Positions 14,211 to 22,369 of a stretch of DNA of 22,369 nucleotides are shown here, in pieces (positions within the stretch are counted from its first letter, which is position 1; each line of letters starts with the position of its first letter). The stretch covers positions 1 through 22,369 of the forward strand of contig JBBSVV010000001.1 of the NCBI GenBank assembly GCA_038046625.1. Direction: 5' to 3'. The notes beneath the pieces are model-generated. The model was not told the DNA's origin. It made no database searches and saw only the letters and a program-made list of their open reading frames with translations. The position numbers were made by a program, and so were the translations under genes. The DNA is from an archaeon. GTDB taxonomy: Archaea > Iainarchaeota > Iainarchaeia > Iainarchaeales > Iainarchaeaceae.

Positions 14211-15398
14211 TCACGGGACTATTTTCCTCTGCCTTCCTGGTACATTGCTTTGCGGCGCGGTTGTCTTGTCCCCATAAACCAATTGCATGTGCGGGTAGGC
14301 AATTTCTATGTCCTTTTCCTTCTGCGCCATTTCGAAAAAATACCTTATTATCTCGTGCTTTGTGCTCCTCACTGAGTAAAGGTCCGTCTGGTATGTGGCG
14401 CTGATGTTTATGCTTGAGTCCCCCAGGGACATCTGTATGTCAGGCTTCGGCACTTCAATAGGGGTAGAGTTTTCAGCGGACTTCATCTGGTCTATCTGTT
14501 CCTTGACCGAGTCCTTTATGGGGCTCCTCCTGAGTTTTTTCGATGCCTCGGTGAGAAGCTTGAGCGCTTCCTGCCACGCGCGCTTTTCAGCGAAAGTTGC
14601 GGGCAACGGCTTTTTCGTGTGCTTGGCGATGGCTTCAATCACGGCTTTTTCCAGGAGTTCAATTGCCTTTTTCCAGTTGCTCTCGTAGGTTATCGGGATT
14701 ACTATTTCATCGATAAAGGTGTTGCCCCTTTTGGAATAATTTATCACTGCATTCGTGAGAATGAGCTCATTAGGGATTGTTATGGTTGTGTCGTTTTTTT
14801 CATGCGTGTTCAGCCTCGTTCCGATGACGCTCGTGTACATGGTGTGTATGTTCACCACGTCTCCGCGGATTCCCATTACCTCTATCCTGTCGCCTATGTT
14901 GAACGGCTTCGTGACTACGATTGTGAGCCAGGCCACGAAATTTATGAGTGGCTTTTGCAGCGCAAAGGTTATTCCGAATCCAATGAGGCCGATTGAGGTT
15001 AATAGTGCGCCGACATCCTTGAAGAACGTGGTTGCCAGGAATATGCCGACAAAGCCCCATATCATGTAGGTGTATAGCGTGAGTATGAGCTTGATTTCCT
15101 TTTTCTTGCCGCGGTTTTCAAGGTATTTTGAGATTACGTAGCGCGTAATGATGAGGAATATCTTGGTTCCGACCAGGAGGCTGAGCGCGTTCAAAAGCAC
15201 GGGTATGAATGTCTGGAAAGAGCCCTCCTTGCTGAAGAATGTTTCAAGGGTGATGTCTGCAAGGAGGCTGCCGTAGAAATAAAGGAACGCGATTATTGCC
15301 GCGGCTATGAGGATATTCGCCGCTGTAAGCTGTACGCCTTTGCTTTTGCCTTCCTCTATCATATGTGCATCGGGGAGAAAAAGAATTTGGCTTTTCAT
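14211..15398 (-). CDS. mscS: Small-conductance mechanosensitive channel (MscS family)
   Basis: GLIGFGITFALQ..L.NF, KPFNIGDRIEV.GIRGDV..I, IPNE.I....VINYS, IPITYES, IAYPH. Alternative start at ATG 15362. Confidence 0.93.
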   Translation of the reverse strand: MKSQILFLPDAHMIEEGKSKGVQLTAANILIAAAIIAFLYFYGSLLADITLETFFSKEGSFQTFIPVLLNALSLLVGTKIFLIITRYVISKYLENRGKKKEIKLILTLYTYMIWGFVGIFLATTFFKDVGALLTSIGLIGFGITFALQKPLINFVAWLTIVVTKPFNIGDRIEVMGIRGDVVNIHTMYTSVIGTRLNTHEKNDTTITIPNELILTNAVINYSKRGNTFIDEIVIPITYESNWKKAIELLEKAVIEAIAKHTKKPLPATFAEKRAWQEALKLLTEASKKLRRSPIKDSVKEQIDQMKSAENSTPIEVPKPDIQMSLGDSSINISATYQTDLYSVRSTKHEIIRYFFEMAQKEKDIEIAYPHMQLVYGDKTTAPQSNVPGRQRKIVP

Positions 15399-15447
15399 TA
15401 TAGTGTCAAAGATATATTTAAATATGGCCTGTAAGGAAAGTGCTATT

Positions 15448-15506
15448 GGTGGTGGGGGCCTGGTACAGTACGCTTCCTTGAAGCAGACCTATCGGGAACA
15501 ACCATC
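15448..15506 (+). ncRNA. Candidate ~59-nt structured small RNA
   Basis: GC-rich island with closing stem GGTGGT/ACCATC and inner GCTTC-CTT-GAAGC hairpin. TTTAAATA at 15417-15424 upstream and oligo-T from 15507 downstream. Confidence 0.3.
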
Positions 15507-15554
15507 TTTTTTCTATTTTTTGTTTCTAATGCCAAATAAGGCTTGTTTTTGGGG

Positions 15555-16802
15555 TTATTTCCAGTCCCTTGCCTGTGCTGACTTTTTGTGTCCTTCTAGG
15601 CCTTCAACTTTAGCTAGTTGCGAAGCTATTGGAATCAATTTTTTTGCCCCGTTTTTGGTTATCCTCTGATACGTGAGTATTTTCACAAAGTCTTTAACCG
15701 AAAGGCCGCCTGTATAGCGTGCTGCTCCGTTAGTCGGCAATGTGTGGTTTGTTCCGCTGCAGTAATCCCCGAATACTTCGGCTGAATATTCTCCAATGAA
15801 CAATGAACCGTAGTTTGTAAGCTTGGAAATCAAGCGTTTCGGATTCTTTACCTGCAATTCTAAGTGCTCTGGGGCTTTCTTGTTGGAGACTTGAATGGCC
15901 TCATTTAAGCTGGGCGCTATTATTATTGCTCCGTTTAGAAGTGCAAGTTCTGCTGTTTCTTTTGTGCCGAGGCTATCCAATTGAACTGATATCTCATTAT
16001 TCACTTTTTCTGCAAGTTCCCTTGAAGTTGTAACCAAATATGGCTTGGCATTTGTATCGTGCTCTGCCTGTGCGAGAAGGTCAGCTGCAATCATCTTGGC
16101 ATTCCCAGATCCGTCAGCAATTATGAGGATTTCGCTCGGGCCCGCAAGAAAATCTATTCCTACTGCTCCGTATACTTCCTTTTTTGCTGCAGTAACAAAC
16201 CTGTTGCCAGGTCCCACTATTTTGTCAACCTTTGGGATTGTTTTTGTTCCGTAAGCCATTGCTGCAATTGCCTGCGCTCCGCCCACGCTGAAAATCCTGC
16301 CCGCGCCAGCAATGTCTGCAGCAACTATTGTTGCGGGCTTTATTTTCGGGGAGCAAACGATAATTTCCTTCACACGAGCCACTTTTGCAGGAATTACACA
16401 CATGAGTGCCGTCGATGGGAGGGGATATCTTCCTCCAGGGGCGTAGCAGCCGATTTTTTCTATTGGAACTATTTTCTGGCCGAGTATAACCCCATTCCTG
16501 TTTACTGTAAAGTTTTTCATTCCCTTGAACTGTTCCTTGGTAAAGTACTTGATATTTTTTGCGGCTTTCCTGAGCGCGGCAATTGTTTTTTCGTCTACTT
16601 GCTTGTAGGCTGCACGGATTTCTTTTTTGCTTATTTCAAATGATTTAGGAACCACTGCATCAAATTTCTTTGTGTATTTCCTGACGGCTGAATCCCCGTT
16701 TTTTCTGACGTCGCGAATTATTTCTCTGACTGTATCTATTTCCTTTATTTGTTCGTATGCCGTGTTGGCCAGGCGCAGCTCTGATGCTTTGATGATTTTC
16801 AT
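15555..16802 (-). CDS. hisD: Histidinol dehydrogenase
   Basis: [55 protein letters not shown]. Confidence 0.98.
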   Translation of the reverse strand: MKIIKASELRLANTAYEQIKEIDTVREIIRDVRKNGDSAVRKYTKKFDAVVPKSFEISKKEIRAAYKQVDEKTIAALRKAAKNIKYFTKEQFKGMKNFTVNRNGVILGQKIVPIEKIGCYAPGGRYPLPSTALMCVIPAKVARVKEIIVCSPKIKPATIVAADIAGAGRIFSVGGAQAIAAMAYGTKTIPKVDKIVGPGNRFVTAAKKEVYGAVGIDFLAGPSEILIIADGSGNAKMIAADLLAQAEHDTNAKPYLVTTSRELAEKVNNEISVQLDSLGTKETAELALLNGAIIIAPSLNEAIQVSNKKAPEHLELQVKNPKRLISKLTNYGSLFIGEYSAEVFGDYCSGTNHTLPTNGAARYTGGLSVKDFVKILTYQRITKNGAKKLIPIASQLAKVEGLEGHKKSAQARDWK

Positions 16803-18022
16803 TTTCTTCTCCCCTCTAACTCGTTCTTGACCTCGTTTATTGTTACTCCGTTTTTTGCCATCAGCACCATCACGAAATATGTGAGGTCCGCCACTTCCCG
16901 GATTAGGTTTCTCCGGTCCTTGTAATAGGCAACTTCCAGTGCTTCCTCGTTGATTTTGTATTTCAACATTTTTTCATCTGATGAAAGTTTTGCCGTATAG
17001 GAGCCGGCCTTCGGGTTCTGTATTCTTTCCATGATGACATCGTATAGCTCGCTGAACCTGAATTCCTTTTCCCCGAAGCATGAGTATTCTCCTGTATGGC
17101 ATGCTTTGCCATTTTGCTTGACTGTAAATAGGAGTGTGTCCCTGTCGCAGTCGTATCTTGCCCTGAGGAGTTCCTGGAAGTTTCCGGATGTTTCGCCTTT
17201 CTGCCAGAGTTTTTTCCTTGACCTGCTGTAATAATTTGCTTTTCCGGATTCGAATGCCTTTGAGAGCGATTCCCTGCTGGAAAATGCCATCATAAGCACT
17301 TGCCCTCTCTCATCCTGCACTACCGTTGGCACAAGGCCGTTGTTTTTTTCGAAATCAAGAAGCGAAACGAATGCATCTTGCAGCTTTATTTTACCTGTGT
17401 AGAGTGCCATGCCTATTTGTGAATTGAATCCTTCTTCTTCGAGCCTCTTTATTTCCTCTATTGTCGTTATTCCGCCTGCAAAAGTGACTTTGTTTTTCGT
17501 GGCTTCCTTGAGTTGCTTTACAAGTTCCCTGTCCACTCCTGCAAGCATTCCTTCCTTGTCTACGTTCGTAAAGAGAAATTCGCCGCAGTAAGGCTCAAGC
17601 TCTTTCATTTGCTCAAACGGATTTTTGCCGGTGGATTTAATCCAGCCTTCAGTCATAATGGAATTGTTTTTCGTGTCAACCGCAACAATCACTTTCTCTT
17701 TTGGCAAGTTTTTGAGGAACCCGGGAGTTGCCTTTGTCCCGATAATTATTTTTTTTGCTCCTGCTTTGAGAATTTCCTCGGCCTTCTCAACGCTTCTGAT
17801 GCCGCCTCCTACTCTGCAATCGGCCAGTTTGCATATATTTTTCACAAGCTCATAGTTGTCTCCTTTGCCTAACGCCGCATCAAGGTCTATTACGGCTATT
17901 TCTCCATATTTCCTGAATTCTCTTGCAAGGCTGATCACATCCTCTACTTCGAGTACTTTTTCTTTTCCTTGCCTAAGCTGCACCGCTTTTCCGTTCATCA
18001 GGTCAATGCTTGGGATTATCAT
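16799..18022 (-). CDS. hisAIE: Trifunctional HisA-HisI-HisE fusion (ProFAR isomerase / PR-AMP cyclohydrolase / PR-ATP pyrophosphatase)
   Basis: aa ~1-220 HisA (IPSIDL..GKAVQL.QG, IDLDAA, GGGIRS, AGGI). aa ~221-320 HisI (YSRSR..LW.KGETSG, DCDRD, ACHTG..SCF). aa ~322-407 HisE (GSYT.KL, KI.EEA.E, EVADL.Y). Confidence 0.95.
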   Translation of the reverse strand: MIIPSIDLMNGKAVQLRQGKEKVLEVEDVISLAREFRKYGEIAVIDLDAALGKGDNYELVKNICKLADCRVGGGIRSVEKAEEILKAGAKKIIIGTKATPGFLKNLPKEKVIVAVDTKNNSIMTEGWIKSTGKNPFEQMKELEPYCGEFLFTNVDKEGMLAGVDRELVKQLKEATKNKVTFAGGITTIEEIKRLEEEGFNSQIGMALYTGKIKLQDAFVSLLDFEKNNGLVPTVVQDERGQVLMMAFSSRESLSKAFESGKANYYSRSRKKLWQKGETSGNFQELLRARYDCDRDTLLFTVKQNGKACHTGEYSCFGEKEFRFSELYDVIMERIQNPKAGSYTAKLSSDEKMLKYKINEEALEVAYYKDRRNLIREVADLTYFVMVLMAKNGVTINEVKNELEGRRK

Positions 18023-18774
18023 AATCTCACTTCTACTCCGTTTGCCTTGAGGAATCGCTTTGTTTCCCTGATTGTAAACTTGTTGTAATGATAGATTGAT
18101 GCGGCAAGTGCGGCATCTGCTTTTCCTTCTTTAAAGACGTTTAGAATATCTTTTAAGTTTCCGGCGCCGCCAGAAGCTATCACCGGTATCCCGACTTCCT
18201 CTGAAACCTTTCTTGTAAGCTCAATGTCATATCCTTTCTTTGTGCCATCTGCATCAATTGAGGTTAGCAGTATTTCCCCCGCTCCGAGACTTTCAGCCTT
18301 TTTCGACCATTCAATGGCATCAAGTTCCGTTGGCTTCTTTCCCGCTTGAATGAATACCATCCATTTGTCATTAATTTTTTTGGCATCTATTGCTACCACT
18401 ATGCACTGCCTCCCGAATCTTTTCGAAGCCTTCTTTACCAGTTCAGGATTATTCACTGCGGCTGTATTGATTGAAACCTTGTCCGCCCCAGACCTGAGCA
18501 GATTTCGTATGTCTTCAATGTCGCTTATGCCTCCGCCAACGGTAAAGGGAATGAAAATTTCCCGGCTTATTTTTTCCACCAGTTCCTTGGCTGTCTTCCT
18601 TTTCTCGCTTGATGCGCTGATGTCCAGAAAAACAAGTTCGTCAGCTCCGTCTTCATAATATTTCTTCGCGAGCTCTATGGCATCGCCTGCGAACTGAAGC
18701 CCTTTGAAGTTTTTCCCTTTCACCACTTTTGAGTCTTTCACGTCAAGGCATGGGATTATCCTTTTTGTCAGCAT
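18019..18774 (-). CDS. hisF: Imidazole glycerol phosphate synthase, cyclase subunit
   Basis: [67 protein letters not shown]. Start placed at ATG 18774. Confidence 0.98.
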   Translation of the reverse strand: MLTKRIIPCLDVKDSKVVKGKNFKGLQFAGDAIELAKKYYEDGADELVFLDISASSEKRKTAKELVEKISREIFIPFTVGGGISDIEDIRNLLRSGADKVSINTAAVNNPELVKKASKRFGRQCIVVAIDAKKINDKWMVFIQAGKKPTELDAIEWSKKAESLGAGEILLTSIDADGTKKGYDIELTRKVSEEVGIPVIASGGAGNLKDILNVFKEGKADAALAASIYHYNKFTIRETKRFLKANGVEVRL

Positions 18775-19358
18775 TCCAGCCACCTCCTGAGCAACTCAAG
18801 CCCGTATTTGCCGCTTCTTTCGGGGTGGAACTGCACCGCGAAAACATTTTCTTTCCGGACTGCACAGGCAAATGTTCCAAAGTAATTGCTTTCTCCGGCA
18901 ATGTAGCTTGCGTTCTCCGGCCTGCAGTAATAAGAGTTCGTGAAGTATGCGTATCCGTCATTGAGAACGTTATCTTTTTTCGGGGCAACATAGTTCCACC
19001 CTACTTGCGGCACTTTTCCTTTTCCGAATTTCACTGCTTTTCCCTTGAAAACCCCCAAGCCTGTGTTTCCGGGGCTTTCTTCGCTTTCCTCAAAGAGTAT
19101 CTGCATTCCGAGGCAGATTCCAAGGTAAGGTTTTTTTTTCGAAATTGCCTGCTTTAATGGTTTCTCAAGGTTATTTGCCCTTAGTTGCTCCATGAAGTAT
19201 CCGAAAGAGCCTACTCCTGGCAGAACAATTTTGTCTGCATTTCCAATTTCCCTTGCGGTTGAAACTATTTTTGCCTCCGCTCCGAGCTTGCGGAATGCGT
19301 TGCTTACGCTGGCCAGATTCCCTGTTCCGCAGTCAACTATCGCTATTTTTTCGCGCAT
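18768..19358 (-). CDS. hisH: Imidazole glycerol phosphate synthase, glutamine amidotransferase subunit
   Basis: [19 protein letters not shown] (catalytic Cys), VPQVGWN, QFHPE. Confidence 0.97.
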   Translation of the reverse strand: MREKIAIVDCGTGNLASVSNAFRKLGAEAKIVSTAREIGNADKIVLPGVGSFGYFMEQLRANNLEKPLKQAISKKKPYLGICLGMQILFEESEESPGNTGLGVFKGKAVKFGKGKVPQVGWNYVAPKKDNVLNDGYAYFTNSYYCRPENASYIAGESNYFGTFACAVRKENVFAVQFHPERSGKYGLELLRRWLEC

Positions 19359-19946
19359 TCATATCACCCCTTTCGTGCTTGGTATTTCACAAATCATTCT
19401 CTTGTCAACGGAGCACCCCATTTTCATTGCCTTGCCGAACGCCTTGAAAATGGCCTCGACCTTGTGGTGGTCGCTTCTGCCATAAGGCATTTTCACGGCT
19501 ATGTTTGCTCCAAGCCCGACACAGAACCCATAGAAGAAATCCTCCAGCGCGTCTAGGTCTAGCTTTCCGCAGAAGCGCCTCCTGAATTTCGCATCAAATC
19601 TGCAAAATGGCCTTCCCCCGATGTCTACCGCAACCACTGCAAGTGCCTCGTCCATTGGGTAGACGAAAAAGCCGGCCCTGTTTATTCCTTTCTTCTCTCC
19701 AAGGGCCTCCTTGAATGCCTGCCCGAGCACAAGGCCTGTGTCTTCAATGGTGTGGTGCTGGTCCACCTTCAAATCACCTTTAACACTGGCCTCAATGTCA
19801 AATGCCCCTGTTTTTCCAAAAGTTTCGAGCATGTGGCTCAAGAAACCTATAGGTATTTTGATCCTGCTCTTTCCAGTTCCGTCAATGTTCAGTTTCACTG
19901 CTATTTCGGTTTCTTTTGTCCTGCGTTTTACGTTTGCTTTTCTCAT
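19359..19946 (-). CDS. hisB: Imidazoleglycerol-phosphate dehydratase (monofunctional)
   Basis: R.TKET.I, GFL.HML, GDL.VD.HHT.ED, PMDEAL, DHH.VEA.FKAFG, IPSTKG. Confidence 0.98.
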   Translation of the reverse strand: MRKANVKRRTKETEIAVKLNIDGTGKSRIKIPIGFLSHMLETFGKTGAFDIEASVKGDLKVDQHHTIEDTGLVLGQAFKEALGEKKGINRAGFFVYPMDEALAVVAVDIGGRPFCRFDAKFRRRFCGKLDLDALEDFFYGFCVGLGANIAVKMPYGRSDHHKVEAIFKAFGKAMKMGCSVDKRMICEIPSTKGVI

Positions 19947-22240
19947 GTGACCAGCTCCGCTGCCTCATTTACGTCCGAAGTAACCATGGTTGCGCCCTTT
20001 TTCATGAGCAGTTGCTTTAGTTTCGTGGCATTGGCCGACGGCGGAAGCACTCCTATAGGTTTGACATTTGCCCTTATTGCGGCTTCAATGTCGTCAACTG
20101 CATCCCCGAAGTAATATGCCTTCTTTGCCCCTAATTTTTCGAGCGCCAATTCAATTCCGTAAGGATCGGGCTTTCCTTTTCCAATGGGAATGTCATCATT
20201 TGTTACGATGGCATCGAAATATTCTCTCAGCCCGAATTTCTCAAGGGTGTCAATGGCTTCTTTTCTTGGCCTTCCGGTGACTATTCCGAGCTTGAAGCTG
20301 CTCCATAGCTTTGACAGTGTCTCTTTTTTTACCAACAGTTTCTCATTGGCTGCCAAATTTTCTTTTTCATAAATTTCCTGGAATTTGTCAACTATTTTAT
20401 TTTTTGTGGCGTTTGATTTTCTTTCCCGAATTATTGCTTCCGTCAGGTCCCAATCATTGTTGCACCCTCCGAGCTCCTTGAATTTCCGGATTTCTGCCGG
20501 CGCAACGCTTTTTCCCGTGAAATATTCGGCAGTTTTTTGTATTGCTTTCGTGTAAGAGCCGCTGACGTCAATCAAAACTCCGTCCATGTCGAAAATTAGC
20601 GCCTCTTCACGGAGCACGGATTTTAAGTTTGCAAGCAGCGTTTTACATTGCTCCGTTGTTCCGATGGTTATTCTCAGGCATCCTTCTAGCAGCGGGTATT
20701 TTCCAACATCCCTTATGAGCACTCCGTTTTCCCGTAGCCTTGTGCAGGCCATTTCGGCTTTTTCTCCAAACTTTGCGAGGACAAAATTTGCTTGCGAGGG
20801 GAAAGTCTCAATGCCTAACTCATTGAGTTCCTTTACTGCAATTTCTCTGTTGGTCTTGACTTCCTTAACGTATTCTTCTACAAATTTAGTGTCCTCAATT
20901 GCGGCTTCTGCTGCTTTCATTGCAACTGCATTCACGCTGTAGGGCGATGCCGCCTTTTTCATGAGAGAGATTGTTTTGGAATTTGCAATGATGTATCCCA
21001 TTCTCAGGCCCGCAAGCCCGAATGCCTTTGAGAAGGTTTGAAGAATTATTAGATTAGGGTATTGCCTTATTTTTTCCTTTGCGCTTTTGCCGTAGTATTG
21101 GAAATATGCCTCGTCAAGCAGCACAACAGAGCCCTTTGCTGCTTCAAGTATCTCCTGCAGGTCGTCTTCATTGATTGCGGTCCCTGTAGGGTTATTCGGG
21201 TTCACGAGCACGAGCATTTTTGGCTTGCTGCGCAGCATTTCAATTATTTCACGAGTAGGAAAACTCAAGTCTTTGTTGTACATTACTTTCGTGATTTTTG
21301 CCCCAGCTATCCGCGCATAGATTTCAAAAAGCCGGAATGTTGGTTCCGGTATCAGCACTTCTTCTCCTTTCTCCATGAAAACGTCCATTGCAAGCTTGAT
21401 TGCCTCATCAGAACCGTTCGTCAACAGAATTTCATTTTCATTTACTTTCAAGTACTTTGCAAGCTTTGAAGTGAATTTGCCGTATTCTGGGTACGCTGAT
21501 ATTTCATCAGTCGTTATTTCCTTCAGAGCCTGTATTACTTTTTCGGAGCAGCCTTTTGTGTTTTCGTTGAAATCAAGCCTTAGCATTCCTCTCCTGCCCT
21601 CAGTTGGGGGCGAATATTTTTCAATGCCTTCAATGCTTTGCCTTGGTTTGGGTTTATTTTTTGCGGTAATTATTACAAAGTCGCTTTCCTTTATTTTTTC
21701 GTAAACTCTCAGCCCGTTTCTCTCCATGGTTGCGCCGCTGTACACTATGTCTATTGCGAGGTCGGCTATTCCTTCTGAGTAACCTGTTTCAACGCATCCA
21801 GAAACGTATATCTTCCTGAAACAAAAGCCGGATTCTTCGAGGGTTTTGAGGTATTTCTCCGCTATGTTCCTATACTTGGCTGAAATGCAAATTGAGAGGT
21901 ATTTAGCAAGCTCGTTCAACTGCTTATCTTTGGGCCCGAGCAGGCAAAGAGCTGGCTTGCCATAAAGAGTATTAGGGTCGCTCCATTCAATCCTTTCCAA
22001 TATTTCAAGATTATTTGAGTTTTCAGTTACGCAATATTCATTGAAGAGATCTTCCCCTGTAAGGCCGATTGTATTTTTCCCCTTTCTGGAATATTCTTCC
22101 ACCATGAAAGGTATGTCCTCGCCACGCAACTCTATTACTTTGGCTTTGTCGAGGTTCTTGAGCAGTGAAAATGCTTTTTCCCTGTATCTCTCAAGACCTG
22201 AGTTTTTCGGTGCCAGGATGAAGGCAACCGCCTGCGTCAA
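19943..22240 (-). CDS. hisGC: Trifunctional fusion: short-form ATP phosphoribosyltransferase (HisG) / histidinol-phosphate aminotransferase (HisC) / HAD phosphatase (probable histidinol phosphatase)
   Basis: aa ~1-193 HisG (R.EDIP..V, G.TG.DL, KY.NIA..Y, GCVE....G.AD..IDIV.SG.T...NGL). aa ~200-545 HisC (LDFNEN, NGSDEAI, NPNNPTG, DEAY, TFSKAFGLAGLRMGY). aa ~548-765 HAD (FDMDGVLID, VTGR, KPDP, GD..DD). TTG start. Confidence 0.93.
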   Translation of the reverse strand: MTQAVAFILAPKNSGLERYREKAFSLLKNLDKAKVIELRGEDIPFMVEEYSRKGKNTIGLTGEDLFNEYCVTENSNNLEILERIEWSDPNTLYGKPALCLLGPKDKQLNELAKYLSICISAKYRNIAEKYLKTLEESGFCFRKIYVSGCVETGYSEGIADLAIDIVYSGATMERNGLRVYEKIKESDFVIITAKNKPKPRQSIEGIEKYSPPTEGRRGMLRLDFNENTKGCSEKVIQALKEITTDEISAYPEYGKFTSKLAKYLKVNENEILLTNGSDEAIKLAMDVFMEKGEEVLIPEPTFRLFEIYARIAGAKITKVMYNKDLSFPTREIIEMLRSKPKMLVLVNPNNPTGTAINEDDLQEILEAAKGSVVLLDEAYFQYYGKSAKEKIRQYPNLIILQTFSKAFGLAGLRMGYIIANSKTISLMKKAASPYSVNAVAMKAAEAAIEDTKFVEEYVKEVKTNREIAVKELNELGIETFPSQANFVLAKFGEKAEMACTRLRENGVLIRDVGKYPLLEGCLRITIGTTEQCKTLLANLKSVLREEALIFDMDGVLIDVSGSYTKAIQKTAEYFTGKSVAPAEIRKFKELGGCNNDWDLTEAIIRERKSNATKNKIVDKFQEIYEKENLAANEKLLVKKETLSKLWSSFKLGIVTGRPRKEAIDTLEKFGLREYFDAIVTNDDIPIGKGKPDPYGIELALEKLGAKKAYYFGDAVDDIEAAIRANVKPIGVLPPSANATKLKQLLMKKGATMVTSDVNEAAELVT

Positions 22241-22348
22241 TTAGCTGCCCTTCTGCCCACTGGCGTTTATCAGAATCAGTTATGAAGTAAATCACTTTGT
22301 TTCAGTGGGAAAAAAGTGGGATTCATTACAATGTATGTGTGCCTAATG

Positions 22349-22356
22349 TTTATAAA
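22349..22356 (-). promoter_or_regulatory. TATA box of the his operon
   Basis: TTTATAAA preceded on the minus strand by an A-rich BRE-like AAAAAG. Predicted transcription start near 22326. Confidence 0.6.
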
Positions 22357-22369
22357 TGTTACTTTTTGA

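Noticed and set aside
1345..22244. Numerous 60-230 aa ORFs antisense or out of frame to the called genes (e.g. 1345-1950, 3263-3952, 11108-11626, 16059-16643)
   Set aside because: Fully nested within well-supported genes and without recognisable motifs.

Overview
Archaeal chromosomal window. Evidence: TATA boxes about 23-25 nt ahead of apparently leaderless starts, an archaeal-type tRNA T-loop (TTCAAAT), an archaeal/eukaryote-type ProRS and a HemK2-type methylase. A DPANN lineage such as Diapherotrites/Iainarchaeota is my inference from gene style, not something the sequence proves. Contents, left to right: tRNA-Pro(GGG), proS, an HTH/PIN/GNAT operon, two surface-anchored proteins, a degenerate DRG-family GTPase, a lipoprotein amidohydrolase, an unusual TBP-domain RNase H, TatD, a thioredoxin/DsbA-fold protein, HemK2, MscS, and a six-gene histidine operon covering the whole pathway with two trifunctional fusions (HisG-HisC-HAD and HisA-HisI-HisE). 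The most striking unexplained structure is a modular family of ~43-nt palindromic units (TAGCAGACC...GGTYTGCTA) in two oppositely oriented arrays, at 9034-9170 and 13734-13916. One 88-nt unit occurs in both arrays and folds into a perfect four-way junction. The arrays share 103 of 104 bp and bracket a 4.6-kb, six-gene block whose strand composition looks flipped relative to both flanks, which suggests a repeat-mediated inversion.
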